Assembly: GCA_903825245.1 (NCBI GenBank)
Contig: CAIJZX010000029.1
Coordinates: 1-61,890, forward strand
DNA length: 61,890 bases
DNA from: Candidatus Kerfeldbacteria bacterium
GTDB lineage: Bacteria; Patescibacteriota; Patescibacteriia; SBBC01; CAIJZX01
Direction of reading: 5' to 3'
Shown here: positions 28,639-38,823 of the stretch, in pieces
Numbering within the stretch: position 1 is the stretch's first letter
Layout: the number at the start of each line of letters is the position of its first letter
Notes under the pieces: generated by a model
What the model saw: the letters and a program-made list of their open reading frames with translations, nothing else
Databases searched by the model: none
What the model was told of the DNA's origin: nothing
Position numbers and translations under genes: made by a program

Positions 28639-29304
28639 ATGGCAATTCACGAACTGCAAACTGCAGCGGCTCACGTCCTTCATGTCGAGCATATTACCGA
28701 TGCTGATAGTGCTCAGCTTCGTTCACGTTTTGGCTTCCATCCGCTCGACCTCGAGGGGCTGTTTACGGTACCTATCGAATCTACGTTCAGTTCCTATGGA
28801 ACGTATGGGATCTTGACCATGCTCTGGCCGGAAGTGAGCACCAACACCACGAGTGATATTCGATTTTTTCTTGGACGTCATCAACTCGTTATCGTTGGTG
28901 ATACGATTGATCATCGCCTCCAAGATTTTATCGAAACACTGGCGTCCAATCCGGGTGATCAATCTGAGCCAGCCATGCTTTTGCAAACCATGGTGATGTG
29001 GCTGATGAAGGATCTGAGCGACGCCGTTGGTACTCGAGCAATTGCTCGACATCTCGCATCAGTGGCGTTGGCCGTTCGTCAGCTCGGTCGTTGGCTACAA
29101 GACCAGAACCGAAAGCAGGCAGTGCCGCTTCTCATTCTGACCGCGCATCGGCTTGATCTTGATGTTGATCGAATGAATGATGTTGTACCCTCCCCTACCA
29201 CTTCGGTGATGTCGCAAAAACTGCCGCGCTTTATGCGGTCGTATGCCGTGGTCTCCGCAGTGATGGTCGTGGTGGTGTTGCTAACACTTTCGCTTCACTC
29301 ATAA
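28639..29304 (+). CDS. Degenerate CorA-like protein (N-terminal domain plus one TM)
   Basis: LRSRFGFHPLDLE resembles the CorA N-terminus; no GMN motif; single C-terminal TM. Confidence 0.5.
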   Translation: MAIHELQTAAAHVLHVEHITDADSAQLRSRFGFHPLDLEGLFTVPIESTFSSYGTYGILTMLWPEVSTNTTSDIRFFLGRHQLVIVGDTIDHRLQDFIETLASNPGDQSEPAMLLQTMVMWLMKDLSDAVGTRAIARHLASVALAVRQLGRWLQDQNRKQAVPLLILTAHRLDLDVDRMNDVVPSPTTSVMSQKLPRFMRSYAVVSAVMVVVVLLTLSLHS

Positions 29305-29310
29305 CTATTT

Positions 29311-30351
29311 ATGAATACCTCTCTCGCCGATATTTTTTCCGGCCTCGCTAGTCCAACAGGATGGTTTACCTTACTCGCCTTTGCTGGGGTGTTTTTAATC
29401 TTCGGGATTCTCCTCTTTCGTGAAACAAATAAGGAACGTTTTCGTGGTTCAATTCTTGAACTCTACTCCCAAGATCTTACGGCCTTAGCGCGAAGCAATA
29501 AACTCGATCCGGTCATCGGCCGGAACAACGAAATTGAACGCGTCATCCAAATTCTTTCTCGCCGAACAAAAAATAATGCTGTGCTCGTCGGCGATAGCGG
29601 CGTCGGCAAAACAGCGATCGTTGAGGGTTTGGCAAACTTGATCGCTAACGGTGAAGTCCCCGACCCGATCAAGAATAAACGAATTCTGGCTCTCGATTTA
29701 TCCGGGCTCGTGGCCGGCACGAAGTACCGCGGTGAATTCGAAAAGCGGCTAAAAGGAATTCTCGATGAAGTCATAGCTTCGCAACGGCAAATTATTCTCT
29801 TCATCGATGAACTCCAAACCTTAGCCGAAGCCGGTGAAGCCTCCGGCGCGATCGATGCCGCCGATATTTTAAAACCGGCACTGGCCCGCGGCGAACTGCA
29901 AGCGATCGGTGCCACTACTGAAAAGGAATATGAGCAGTACATTGTTCAGGACATCACCCTCGAGCGACGCTTCCAGCCGGTACTCGTCAACGAACCAACA
30001 CCCGAACAAACATTACAAATTATTACTGGCTTGCGCCCACGATACGAACAACACCACCACGTAAAAATTTCCGACGAAGCATTGCAAGCCGCCGTTGCTC
30101 TTTCCGGAACTACCTTGAAAGATCGCCACTATCCGGACAAAGCTATTGATGCTATGGATGAAGCTGGGGCGAAAGTTCGTTTACACGCTATCAAGCTCCA
30201 TGATACTTCTGAGCCAACGGTCACTGCTTCGGATGTGAAGACGGTTATTGACGAGTGGGCGCGAGATATCGTGTGCTTTAATTCTCATAAAGAACAAAAA
30301 GGTCGACCTCCCCTACCGCCCGGTGTTCAGCCGACGGCCGACGGAGCTTAA
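29311..30351 (+). CDS. Membrane-anchored single-module Clp/Hsp100 AAA+ ATPase (D1 only)
   Basis: TM helix, then [42 protein letters not shown]; no D2 module. Confidence 0.85.
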   Translation: MNTSLADIFSGLASPTGWFTLLAFAGVFLIFGILLFRETNKERFRGSILELYSQDLTALARSNKLDPVIGRNNEIERVIQILSRRTKNNAVLVGDSGVGKTAIVEGLANLIANGEVPDPIKNKRILALDLSGLVAGTKYRGEFEKRLKGILDEVIASQRQIILFIDELQTLAEAGEASGAIDAADILKPALARGELQAIGATTEKEYEQYIVQDITLERRFQPVLVNEPTPEQTLQIITGLRPRYEQHHHVKISDEALQAAVALSGTTLKDRHYPDKAIDAMDEAGAKVRLHAIKLHDTSEPTVTASDVKTVIDEWARDIVCFNSHKEQKGRPPLPPGVQPTADGA

Positions 30352-30420
30352 TCACCCTGAACGAAAATTCGTCCGTCCTTCTCCGGAGAACGGATGACAG
30401 ATAAATAAAAAAACAAAACC

Positions 30421-30618
30421 ATGGAAAATACAACCTCAATGCCAGCGGCAGAAATACCAATGGCGACACCGGCCATTTTGCCAGAGGTAAAGCCGATGAA
30501 AAAGAAAGACCATTGGCTGGTTGAAGTCGTTGGTGGTTTAACCATCGCTTCAACAATGGTCTCAGCACTCGCTCTTTTCTACTTAGCGCTCCTGACGATT
30601 ACTACTTCTCCTATCTAA
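30421..30618 (+). CDS. Small membrane protein
   Basis: 65 aa with a C-terminal TM, followed by a terminator. Confidence 0.55.
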   Translation: MENTTSMPAAEIPMATPAILPEVKPMKKKDHWLVEVVGGLTIASTMVSALALFYLALLTITTSPI

Positions 30619-30642
30619 GTAGGTTTCTTTGCTCTTTAACCT

Positions 30643-30684
30643 CCCCCGCGTCAAATCGCCCGGCGACACGCGGGGGTTTCTTTT
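30643..30684 (+). terminator. Intrinsic terminator
   Basis: CCCCCGCGT...ACGCGGGGG followed by TTTCTTTT. Confidence 0.75.
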
Positions 30685-30711
30685 CCTCGCAAAATCCGAT
30701 AGAATACCGAC

Positions 30712-32085
30712 ATGACATTGAAGCTCTACAACACCCTCGGACGGAAACTCGAGACATTTACCCCCCGACATAGTGATGAGGTTGGGCTGTACACCTGCGG
30801 GCCGACAGTCTACAACACGGCACACATTGGTAATCTGCGTACCTATATTTTTGAAGATATCTTGCGCCGCACGCTCCAGCTAGACGGTTACCGCGTCAAG
30901 CACGTCATGAATATCACCGATGTCGGTCATTTAACCGGCGACGGCGATATGGGTGAGGATAAAATCGCTAAGGCTTCACGGGAAACAAAACGCGACGCGT
31001 ACGCTATTGCTCGCGAATTCGAAGTTGCTTTTTTTTCCGATATTCAAAAGCTCAATATTCTCCCGCCGACCATTACACTTCGAGCAACCGAGACGATTGC
31101 CCTACAAATCGAATTGATCGAAAAACTCGAATCAAACGGTTTTACCTACCGCACCTCTGACGGGATATATTTTGACACCGCTAAGCTTCCGACCTACGGC
31201 CAATTGAGCGGGCAAAGCTCGGCAGACAAGAAGGCCGGAGCCCGCGTTGAAGTAAACGACGAAAAACACACTCCCACCGATTTCGCGCTGTGGAAGTTTT
31301 CGAAACCAGAAGATCAGCGGCAAATGGAATGGCCAAGTCCGTGGGGTGTTGGCTTCCCCGGTTGGCACATCGAATGTTCCGCCATGTCGCTCAGTGAATT
31401 CCCGAATGGTCTCGACATCCACTGCGGCGGGATTGACCACATCGCCGTCCACCATGAAAACGAGCTAGCGCAGAACGAAGCCGCCGGTCGGAAAGATTTC
31501 GTGAAGTTTTGGATGCACGGTGAATTCCTGGTAACCGATAAACGGATGGGCAAATCTGAGGGTAATGCAGTGACACTCAGCGATCTCGGTGTTGATCCTC
31601 TTTTCTACCGTTACTTGTGTTTACTCACGCACTATCGCAAGCAGCTATCCTATTCTCAAGACTCTTTGCAAGCGGCCGGCAACGCATTGATGAATTTATG
31701 GATGAAGCTTGACGGAGAAAAACTTGATCGTAGTATTAAACCCATCAGCAAATACATTGAGTCGTTTACTTCGGCGCTCAATAACGATCTGAATACTCCA
31801 GAGGCTTTGGGTATCATGCATGAAATGATGTCAGATAAAGAATATGAACGATCCGAGAAAGTTTCGACCTTAGCAGTATTCGACACCGTCTTGGCGCTCG
31901 ACTTGACGCCGGAAGCGGCCGCGCCGCACATCGCCACGACCGGCCACGAAGCATTGTTGCTCGAGTACATCACCGCGCGTAAAGAACACCGCTTCGACGA
32001 TTCCGACAAGATTCGTCAGCAATTTTCTGACCTCGGAATTCTCGTTGAGGATACGCCGTCGGGATCGCGGTTGCGCAAAGCGTAA
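30712..32085 (+). CDS. cysS: Cysteine--tRNA ligase
   Basis: YTCGPTVY, HIGN, DFALWK, PGWHIECSAM, RMGKS. ATG lies 6 nt after TAGAAT, so probably leaderless. Confidence 0.97.
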   Translation: MTLKLYNTLGRKLETFTPRHSDEVGLYTCGPTVYNTAHIGNLRTYIFEDILRRTLQLDGYRVKHVMNITDVGHLTGDGDMGEDKIAKASRETKRDAYAIAREFEVAFFSDIQKLNILPPTITLRATETIALQIELIEKLESNGFTYRTSDGIYFDTAKLPTYGQLSGQSSADKKAGARVEVNDEKHTPTDFALWKFSKPEDQRQMEWPSPWGVGFPGWHIECSAMSLSEFPNGLDIHCGGIDHIAVHHENELAQNEAAGRKDFVKFWMHGEFLVTDKRMGKSEGNAVTLSDLGVDPLFYRYLCLLTHYRKQLSYSQDSLQAAGNALMNLWMKLDGEKLDRSIKPISKYIESFTSALNNDLNTPEALGIMHEMMSDKEYERSEKVSTLAVFDTVLALDLTPEAAAPHIATTGHEALLLEYITARKEHRFDDSDKIRQQFSDLGILVEDTPSGSRLRKA

Positions 32086-32108
32086 ACGTCAGGTAGTGTA
32101 CTAGAACT

Positions 32109-33098
32109 ATGGCTACCAACTTTTGGTTACAATTGAAGAAGCCGATTCTGGCATTGGCTCCAATGGAAGGTGTAACCGACTTTGCTTTCCGCACACTGTG
32201 CCGTGAGCAAGGCGCTGACGTCGTCTATACCGAGTTCGTCGCCGCCGAAGCGATTATTCACGGCGGAAAATCAGTGCTCCAAAAATTACGCCGCGGCGAG
32301 TCCGAGCGTCCAGTGATTTGCCAAATCTTCGGCACCTCGCCGGAGGCGTTTGCCGAAGCCGCGGTCAAAGTGGAAGCGATGGGATTCGATGGTCTTGATT
32401 TAAACTTCGGTTGTCCGGCACGTAAAGTCGTTCGGCGCGGCGCCGGCGTCGCCTTATTGCGCGAACCGTCGTATGCACGGCAACTCATTGAGGTCAGCTT
32501 AGAAAAAATTACCATTCCGCTTTCCATTAAAGTTCGATCCAGTATTCGCAAAGAAACGAAGGACGTCGCCAACACCGAAGAACGTTCAACGGCGCTCGAC
32601 CTGGTCGAAGCAATTCGCGATTTGCCGGTTTCTGCCATCATGATCCACGGCCGCGGATTTGAACAAGGACATAAGGGCGATATTGACACCACGATGATCA
32701 AAGCCGTTAAAGAACGATTCCCCGGCATTGTCTTAGCCAACGGCGGCATTACGTCGCCGGAGCGCGTCAAATCTATGCTCGATGAAACTGGAGCTGATGG
32801 CGTCGGCATCGCGCGCGGATCGTGGGGTCAACCGTGGATATTTACGCAGGCGCGACAGCTCCTTGACACCGGATTGTTCCAGCCGGTCGATCAGCAACAC
32901 GTTGCCCACACCATCCGCCGTCATGCTGAGCTCTTGTTTGAACACAAAGACGCACACGGCCTGTTGGAGTTCCGCAAGCACTTTGGTCGCTACATCACTG
33001 GTTTTCGTGGTGCAGCCGAATTACGATCTCGAGCGGTGCGTGTCGAAACACTTGGGGATATAGAATCAATCATTACTGCACTCACCAACCGCGAATAA
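32109..33098 (+). CDS. dusB: tRNA-dihydrouridine synthase (DusB-like)
   Basis: LAPMEGVTD, DLNFGCP, IHGR, ANGGI, GVGIARG. Confidence 0.88.
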   Translation: MATNFWLQLKKPILALAPMEGVTDFAFRTLCREQGADVVYTEFVAAEAIIHGGKSVLQKLRRGESERPVICQIFGTSPEAFAEAAVKVEAMGFDGLDLNFGCPARKVVRRGAGVALLREPSYARQLIEVSLEKITIPLSIKVRSSIRKETKDVANTEERSTALDLVEAIRDLPVSAIMIHGRGFEQGHKGDIDTTMIKAVKERFPGIVLANGGITSPERVKSMLDETGADGVGIARGSWGQPWIFTQARQLLDTGLFQPVDQQHVAHTIRRHAELLFEHKDAHGLLEFRKHFGRYITGFRGAAELRSRAVRVETLGDIESIITALTNRE

Positions 33099-33107
33099 CA
33101 AGAATCC

Positions 33108-33141
33108 AAAACAGCGCGAGGCTTCTGCCTCGCGCTGTTTA
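33108..33141. terminator. Bidirectional terminator
   Basis: AAACAGCGCGAGGC-ttct-GCCTCGCGCTGTTT between convergent genes. Confidence 0.85.
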
Positions 33142-33154
33142 TTTCTACCGAATG

Positions 33155-33868
33155 TTATTTAAGGATAACCATCCGTTTCGCCAGCATGTAATTGCCGACG
33201 GAATTCCACGAACCTCGAACCTTCACCGTTTGGCCATTTACCAAATCACTAATTGCCTTGACCGTACCATCTTTCGCGACATACGTCGTGGCGCTATCCA
33301 TTTTTACCGTCGTGGTGTACTGAATCCCCTTCATGGTTACCGTTAAGGTAAATGCCATACCGGACGTGTTCAGGTTGCTGACCGTGCCGGTTACTTCGGC
33401 GGACCAAATCCCTTTATCCCAAATCAATGTAGCTGCGCCATTCGTTAATGCCGTGTTCCAGACTTGGACCGAATCGCCGACCATTACTTCATTAATGGTT
33501 GCTGTACCCTTGAACTTGCGGATTACTTTCGTCGACGAATTGACCGTGAAAGTGTAGGACTTCGTCGTCACCGTCGTGCCGGTATTCGTATTGGCATTCG
33601 CAGTACTGTCGCTTAATTTCGTTTTCACCGAGACAGTAATTGATGTCGCGCTCACCGCAGTGACCGTACCGGTCACTACATGGCGCTTCGTATTCTTTAC
33701 TTCGCTATTGTACTTACCGATAGCATTAGCATCACCCTTGCTGTCGATGGCAATTGGGTTTGATAATTTCGGAAGTTTCACCTTCGTTTTAGCGAAGACC
33801 ATGCTTGGAACCACGACGCTTGCTGTGAGGGCAAGGGCGCCGAGACTGAGGAGGAATCGTTTATTCAT
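33155..33868 (-). CDS. Secreted protein with tandem OB-fold (DUF5666-like) repeats
   Basis: Signal peptide; two repeats of GTV..V...T/F.V...D/E(L/V)..G..V.V. Confidence 0.7.
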   Translation of the reverse strand: MNKRFLLSLGALALTASVVVPSMVFAKTKVKLPKLSNPIAIDSKGDANAIGKYNSEVKNTKRHVVTGTVTAVSATSITVSVKTKLSDSTANANTNTGTTVTTKSYTFTVNSSTKVIRKFKGTATINEVMVGDSVQVWNTALTNGAATLIWDKGIWSAEVTGTVSNLNTSGMAFTLTVTMKGIQYTTTVKMDSATTYVAKDGTVKAISDLVNGQTVKVRGSWNSVGNYMLAKRMVILK

Positions 33869-33964
33869 ACGATCGTTGATTAGCCCTGAACCCGGCCGGT
33901 TGCCGGTAATAGGGGTCGAATAAATGAAAATGTATAGATGGTAAACGTAACGCCGTATCAGGGG

Positions 33965-34297
33965 TCACTTTATTACCGACATGTCTTTTACTTTACTGAC
34001 ATTCATTATCGTTAGTTTGGTGACATTCTTTTGTCCCCACACCCAGATACGATCATTAACTCTCACTTCTGACAGGGTTCGCAACTTAGATTTTTCATTC
34101 TGGTATACTGTTTTTGACGATACGGATACGACATATAACTTTTTACCAACAACAACTGATAACGCACTCTTCGTCACCGAACGAACCGTTCCGTAGGTCG
34201 CCGACGTCGGTAGAGTTGTCGTTTTAGCCAAAACAGTGCCTGGCATAAACGCCATTCCCATCAACAAACTGAGACTAATAAACGCCTTTCTTTGCAT
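33965..34297 (-). CDS. Small secreted DUF5666-like protein
   Basis: Signal peptide (VLA|K); GTVRSV...LSEVRVNDRIWVWG. Confidence 0.65.
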   Translation of the reverse strand: MQRKAFISLSLLMGMAFMPGTVLAKTTTLPTSATYGTVRSVTKSALSVVVGKKLYVVSVSSKTVYQNEKSKLRTLSEVRVNDRIWVWGQKNVTKLTIMNVSKVKDMSVIK

Positions 34298-34335
34298 AAC
34301 TGTTATTACAAAGTAAAAACACCTCTATACAGTTA

Positions 34336-34362
34336 TACGCAAGAGTAGGGAAAAGAGTTTCA
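34336..34362 (-). promoter_or_regulatory. ECF-type (SigW/SigM-like) promoter
   Basis: TGAAAC-N17-CGTA directly after the ECF sigma/anti-sigma pair and upstream of the DUF5666-like genes. Confidence 0.65.
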
Positions 34363-34758
34363 ACGACGACCGTCGGTCTTGGTTTTTTGGTTATACTCAG
34401 CAATACTCGCCTGTTTTCGACGGATGGTTGTACGCTGTCGACGGGTTAGGACGAGAATAACAATCGCTAGAATTATGGTCGAAACGGCCGGTAGGAGATG
34501 ATGACGAGGGATGTCGTACCATACCGAACGGAGGGCATCAAACCAGCCTTGCCGTAAAACGTCCCAACCTTCAGTATAAATATCAAACACTTTCAAGCTT
34601 TCTCGTTCTCGAAGGGTGAGAAAGATCGAAATCACCGACAGGACGACAAAGATAACCAACACACCCACCACGACCCAAAACACAGCTAACCAAATGCGCG
34701 TTCGGCGTCGTTCAAGACGGACGATTTTCTGCATGATTTGTTGTTCGGGATCAGTCAT
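34360..34758 (-). CDS. Putative membrane anti-sigma factor
   Basis: Two TM helices; overlaps the 3' end of the ECF sigma gene. Confidence 0.6.
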   Translation of the reverse strand: MTDPEQQIMQKIVRLERRRTRIWLAVFWVVVGVLVIFVVLSVISIFLTLRERESLKVFDIYTEGWDVLRQGWFDALRSVWYDIPRHHLLPAVSTIILAIVILVLTRRQRTTIRRKQASIAEYNQKTKTDGRR

Positions 34759-35320
34759 GGGTGTGATCGAGTTCTCGTCGTAATAATTCCTTCGCGCGTC
34801 GCAAATGTGTTCGGACGGTGTTCAGCGGCAAGTGCATCACCCGCTGAATTTCTTCGTAGTTGAGTGTATCAAAATAATAGAGTTGCAGCACGTGACGATA
34901 TTTTTCTTCCAAAGTGCTGATTGCCCGTCGGACATATTCACCATCACTCGCCTTCATGAGACGCTCCTCAATCGGGTCATCATCCGCAATATGTTCGGCG
35001 GCATCAAGCGGAACAACGTCCTTCATCTTTCGCCAAGTAGAAATTGCTTGATGCTTAGCGATGGCATGAAGATACGTGGAAAATCGCTGAGAGGTATCGA
35101 CGCGATCTATCGTCCGATATAAATTCAAAAAGGCGTCTTGCACAACTTCCTCAACTGTCGCTTCGTCCTGGATCATGCGCCGCAAAAAAGCAAACAAGCG
35201 GGCATGGTACCGTCGAACAATATATTCAAAGGCCCGGATATTGCCACTTTGCACCTCCAGAACCAGCGCCTCATCGGGCCAATCTTCAAACTCGGTCAAC
35301 CACGAGTTATTGTTCGGCAT
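34751..35320 (-). CDS. ECF RNA polymerase sigma factor
   Basis: Region 2 (EEVVQDAF, FSTYLHAIAK) and region 4 (YEEI...LPLNTVRTHLRRAK). Confidence 0.92.
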   Translation of the reverse strand: MPNNNSWLTEFEDWPDEALVLEVQSGNIRAFEYIVRRYHARLFAFLRRMIQDEATVEEVVQDAFLNLYRTIDRVDTSQRFSTYLHAIAKHQAISTWRKMKDVVPLDAAEHIADDDPIEERLMKASDGEYVRRAISTLEEKYRHVLQLYYFDTLNYEEIQRVMHLPLNTVRTHLRRAKELLRRELDHTHD

Positions 35321-35415
35321 AGGGACATGCTACAGGAAGACGGCCTTGTTGCCAATGGGCATAACGCAAACCAACGCATAGTGATTACCAAACGCCAGCA
35401 ATTGTTTTGAATTAA

Positions 35416-36012
35416 TTAATCGTAATCCGCGTTTGATCGACTTGATCGCCGTTTTTCCGCCGCTCCGCCTTTCACCATGACCATCGCCAGAATCGGCGCG
35501 ACGATCCAGAGGAACCGACCGGTATCGTGGACAAACACTTGTTGTGTCAACGGCGCAAGATGTGCGGATGCCGATGGTGGAAGAAAGGACAGCGTAATCG
35601 AAATCAGTAGCCCAACATGCAAAAAGCTGAAGAGCAACACTTGCCACCATGAACCACGCGAGTCGGCTGAAGCTACAGTCGATAACAGCGCCGAGCGAGA
35701 CATCAGGAAGAACAGCGCAATGAAGACCACCACGAACGTCGAGACGCGGAAGCCGAAGAATTGATTGATGCCAATGTCCGCTTGGTAGTTGCCGATGAAC
35801 GGCGCCGAGTTGACGACCGCTAACGCCATATACACCGAAATCAGAATCACGATCACACGATCGCGACCAAGCGACAAGCCGTACAAAAACGCCGCTACAA
35901 TAAAGAACAGGACAATGAATAAATCCCAACTCGGTTGTGCCCAGTTAATGTTGGCAACGAAACTCTTGGCTACCGTTGGACTTTGGACGAGTATAGCGGA
36001 GAAGATTGGCAT
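35416..36012 (-). CDS. Conserved integral membrane protein
   Basis: About 5 TM helices, loosely CvpA-like. Confidence 0.7.
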   Translation of the reverse strand: MPIFSAILVQSPTVAKSFVANINWAQPSWDLFIVLFFIVAAFLYGLSLGRDRVIVILISVYMALAVVNSAPFIGNYQADIGINQFFGFRVSTFVVVFIALFFLMSRSALLSTVASADSRGSWWQVLLFSFLHVGLLISITLSFLPPSASAHLAPLTQQVFVHDTGRFLWIVAPILAMVMVKGGAAEKRRSSRSNADYD

Positions 36013-36135
36013 TTGTTTTATTAGGTTGTGTATAGTATAGCATAATTACAAAGAACTGGCAATATTCAACTTTGAACACTCCCCGGAGCATATAGTTATT
36101 ATGAAATAAGAAAAAACGCCGAATCAATCGACGTT

Positions 36136-36474
36136 CTACTGCGTGGCAGTTCGAAGGACATAGGACTTTTCCCACTGACGCAGAAAAGACTTTTGTCGGC
36201 GCAGAATGAGCCAGTAGCATACGAGGAAGAAGTACGTACCGAAATCCTCAAGACGCGCAGCACGATCTGCAGCCATGTCGCAGTCGTATATCGCATAGAG
36301 CATGGCGGCGACAAACGTCACGTGTTCCAACTGTCCCGTAGCTTGCAGATACATGTACAATAACGGTTCGAATTTCCGATGCCATTCCCGTTTCCTGTAC
36401 ATCCACTGCAATGAGGCATAGTTCATCAACAGCATTGCCAACCAGACCATCAACATGATGAGTGGTCCTTGCAT
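36136..36474 (-). CDS. Small hypothetical membrane protein
   Basis: SD AAGGAGG, own TTGACG-N17-TACAGT promoter, hydrophobic segments. Confidence 0.6.
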   Translation of the reverse strand: MQGPLIMLMVWLAMLLMNYASLQWMYRKREWHRKFEPLLYMYLQATGQLEHVTFVAAMLYAIYDCDMAADRAARLEDFGTYFFLVCYWLILRRQKSFLRQWEKSYVLRTATQ

Positions 36475-36531
36475 CCGTCCCTCCTTGTCGTAAAAAGAGC
36501 CGCGATACTGTAACCGATTATTGCTAAAACG

Positions 36532-36987
36532 TCAAGATTCTCGTCCAGGAAAATTCGCCACTTCTACAACCTGGTTGTTCGTGACCACCAATCGTTTCCC
36601 ATGGAGCACGAGTGGCAACCACCGCACACTACCGGAAAACATCTGCGCTAGCGGTAAATCGTTTTTCGGCCACCAATGAAAATCTTTCAGCGATGCTTCC
36701 TTCGCTTGCAATTCTCCGCGCCATGCGTGCGCCAGAAATACGTGCAACAGCAATTCCGGCGAAACATCAATCTGCGCAACCTCTTCAACATCTTTTTTCT
36801 CAACAATAATTTCCGTTTCTTCCTGCATTTCCCGCACGACGCAATCTTCAAGCGATTCCCCTGCCTCAACATAACCGCCGATGCCGTTCCATTTCTGATC
36901 GCCGGGTGCGTATTCAATCAACGCTAATAATACGCAGTCTTTTTCAACGATGAAACAAACTGTGCCGTGACGTTGTTGTGTTTGCAT
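36532..36987 (-). CDS. NUDIX hydrolase (8-oxo-dGTPase/MTH1-like)
   Basis: WNGIGGYVEAGESLEDCVVREMQEET; start placed at ATG 36987. Confidence 0.88.
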   Translation of the reverse strand: MQTQQRHGTVCFIVEKDCVLLALIEYAPGDQKWNGIGGYVEAGESLEDCVVREMQEETEIIVEKKDVEEVAQIDVSPELLLHVFLAHAWRGELQAKEASLKDFHWWPKNDLPLAQMFSGSVRWLPLVLHGKRLVVTNNQVVEVANFPGRES

Positions 36988-37120
36988 AATGTGTAGTATC
37001 GTATACCGCGACATTGAAATAGGCAAACACCCACACCTTGACATCCTGGCAGTTTTGTGATAGAACAATATGTTCGTTACAAAACCAAACAACCACTTCC
37101 CTCTCAAAGGAGGTTGCACC

Positions 37121-37657
37121 TTGAAGAAACGTCGCCGCGTCTTCGAATACCTGCCGGGATTCATCGGTTTAGCATTGCACCTGTACGAGGCCTACCAACT
37201 CCTGCTTAAGCTCGACGAGAAGGGTCAGCGCAAGTTCCGAGTCGTCGGCGTCTGTGGCTATCTCTGCCAGAAGCTGGGCAGTTACGAAAGAGGCTTTGCC
37301 GCCTACATGTCGCTGGTGAAGGTAGGTCTTGTTCAGTCGCTCGGACGCGTGTCTGGCAAGGGCAACCTCTGCGAATTCATGGTGTACCGCAAGCCCGTCA
37401 AACTCTTGCGCGTCGACTACCGCGAACATAAGAAGTCGTCGAAGCGAAAAACGAGTGGTCACCACGCGGTTGCCACGAAGAAGCACGTCAGCGGTATTGG
37501 CGCCTACAAGCCGATTCGGCGCGCCACGCCCGCAAAGAAAAGTCGAAACGTCGCGTTCGAACCGCCGAGGAAGTTGCTCATCGCGCTCCTGAAGCACGCC
37601 GGCCTGGACACGAAGGTCCTGCCGAAACGCACTCTAGTCGATTTCATCTTCGACTAG
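37121..37657 (+). CDS. Highly basic hypothetical protein (possible winged helix plus Lys/Arg-rich tail)
   Basis: SD AGGAGG (37108-13) before TTG; own promoter; terminator at 37665-37690. Confidence 0.65.
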   Translation: MKKRRRVFEYLPGFIGLALHLYEAYQLLLKLDEKGQRKFRVVGVCGYLCQKLGSYERGFAAYMSLVKVGLVQSLGRVSGKGNLCEFMVYRKPVKLLRVDYREHKKSSKRKTSGHHAVATKKHVSGIGAYKPIRRATPAKKSRNVAFEPPRKLLIALLKHAGLDTKVLPKRTLVDFIFD

Positions 37658-37700
37658 ACTCACCCGCTCGTCCCCCGCGAGCGGTTTTTCTTTGTGCAAA

Positions 37701-38287
37701 TTATTGAACTTCTGGCTTTCTTTTTATTGATGACCTACGAATAATAAGCAATACGGCAAACAATAAATTAGCAATCGTCCATGTGAGCGGATACAGCCAC
37801 GTGACAATCGTATACTTGGACAGTGCACCTATACCGAGCGCGTGGCGAAATGTCGTGATGAGATAAAATGATAGTGTTTCAGAGTGGGGCTGATGCCATG
37901 TTTTTCTGACGGTCGGAATAAACCCGAGCATTTCGGTCGTTGACAGCAATATGATTGAGATGACTGGTTGTTTCGCGTATAGCCAAAAGATCAGCGCAAG
38001 TATTGCTAGGCCGAGAAACAAAAAATCCGTCGGTCGAATAAGTTTCGAACCATTCTTCAAACTCCAGATAAAAACGCCAAGCGAAACGATTGTTATCGCG
38101 AGGGTAATCCAGGCACCTGACCCTGCGCCTGCCTGAACCTGCAGTCCATACACAATCCCCGTAACCAGCGTCCAAATAAACCACGAAAAATATGCGGCTG
38201 AGTCTTTCCTTTTTTTATATCACGAACATACGGCACATAACCGATGAAGACGAGGATGATAGCAATAACACTGAGTACTTCTTTCAT
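37701..38287 (-). pseudogene. Frameshifted membrane protein (PQ-loop-like)
   Basis: Two overlapping ORFs join into ...QPHIFSWFIWTLVTGIVYGLQ... if one T is added to the T5 run at 38186-38190. Confidence 0.75.
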
Positions 38288-38288
38288 A

Positions 38289-38819
38289 TTACGCTAATTC
38301 GTACTTCCACCCCGGCTGCCAATGCCACGGCGCTGGAATAATTTCAGCGTACGGTTTTCCGAGAATCCAATGTTCTAATCCATACTGCGTGACGCGGTGG
38401 CCGATAATCATGACACGTTTGCCGTCGTAATTTTTTTTGAGATCATCAAGAAATGACTTCATTCGTTCTGATGTTTGTTCGTAGCTCTCACCGTTCGGAA
38501 ACGGTTCATGAATACGTTTTGGTTTTTGGACATCAACTTCAGCACTCGGATGCTGAGTAAAGTCACCGTAATCGCATTCGCGCAACCGTTTATCAATGAC
38601 AATGGGGAATCGATCACCTAAACCAATTCTTGCGCTGTCGACAGCCCGTTTTAAATCTGAACAGAAAATCGCGTCGAAATGATCGTCCTTATAGCGCTCG
38701 GCCATTTCCTTCGATTGCTGAATACCGAGTGGCGACAACTCGACATCATTCCAGCCCGACGATTTGTGGGCTTCGTTATCGAATGTTGTGCCATGAGCTT
38801 CAAAGATGATCGTCACCAT
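38289..38819 (-). CDS. Histidine phosphatase family protein
   Basis: EAHGTT, SDLKRA, LRECDYG, PNGESY, IIGH. Confidence 0.88.
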   Translation of the reverse strand: MVTIIFEAHGTTFDNEAHKSSGWNDVELSPLGIQQSKEMAERYKDDHFDAIFCSDLKRAVDSARIGLGDRFPIVIDKRLRECDYGDFTQHPSAEVDVQKPKRIHEPFPNGESYEQTSERMKSFLDDLKKNYDGKRVMIIGHRVTQYGLEHWILGKPYAEIIPAPWHWQPGWKYELA

Positions 38820-38823
38820 ATTA

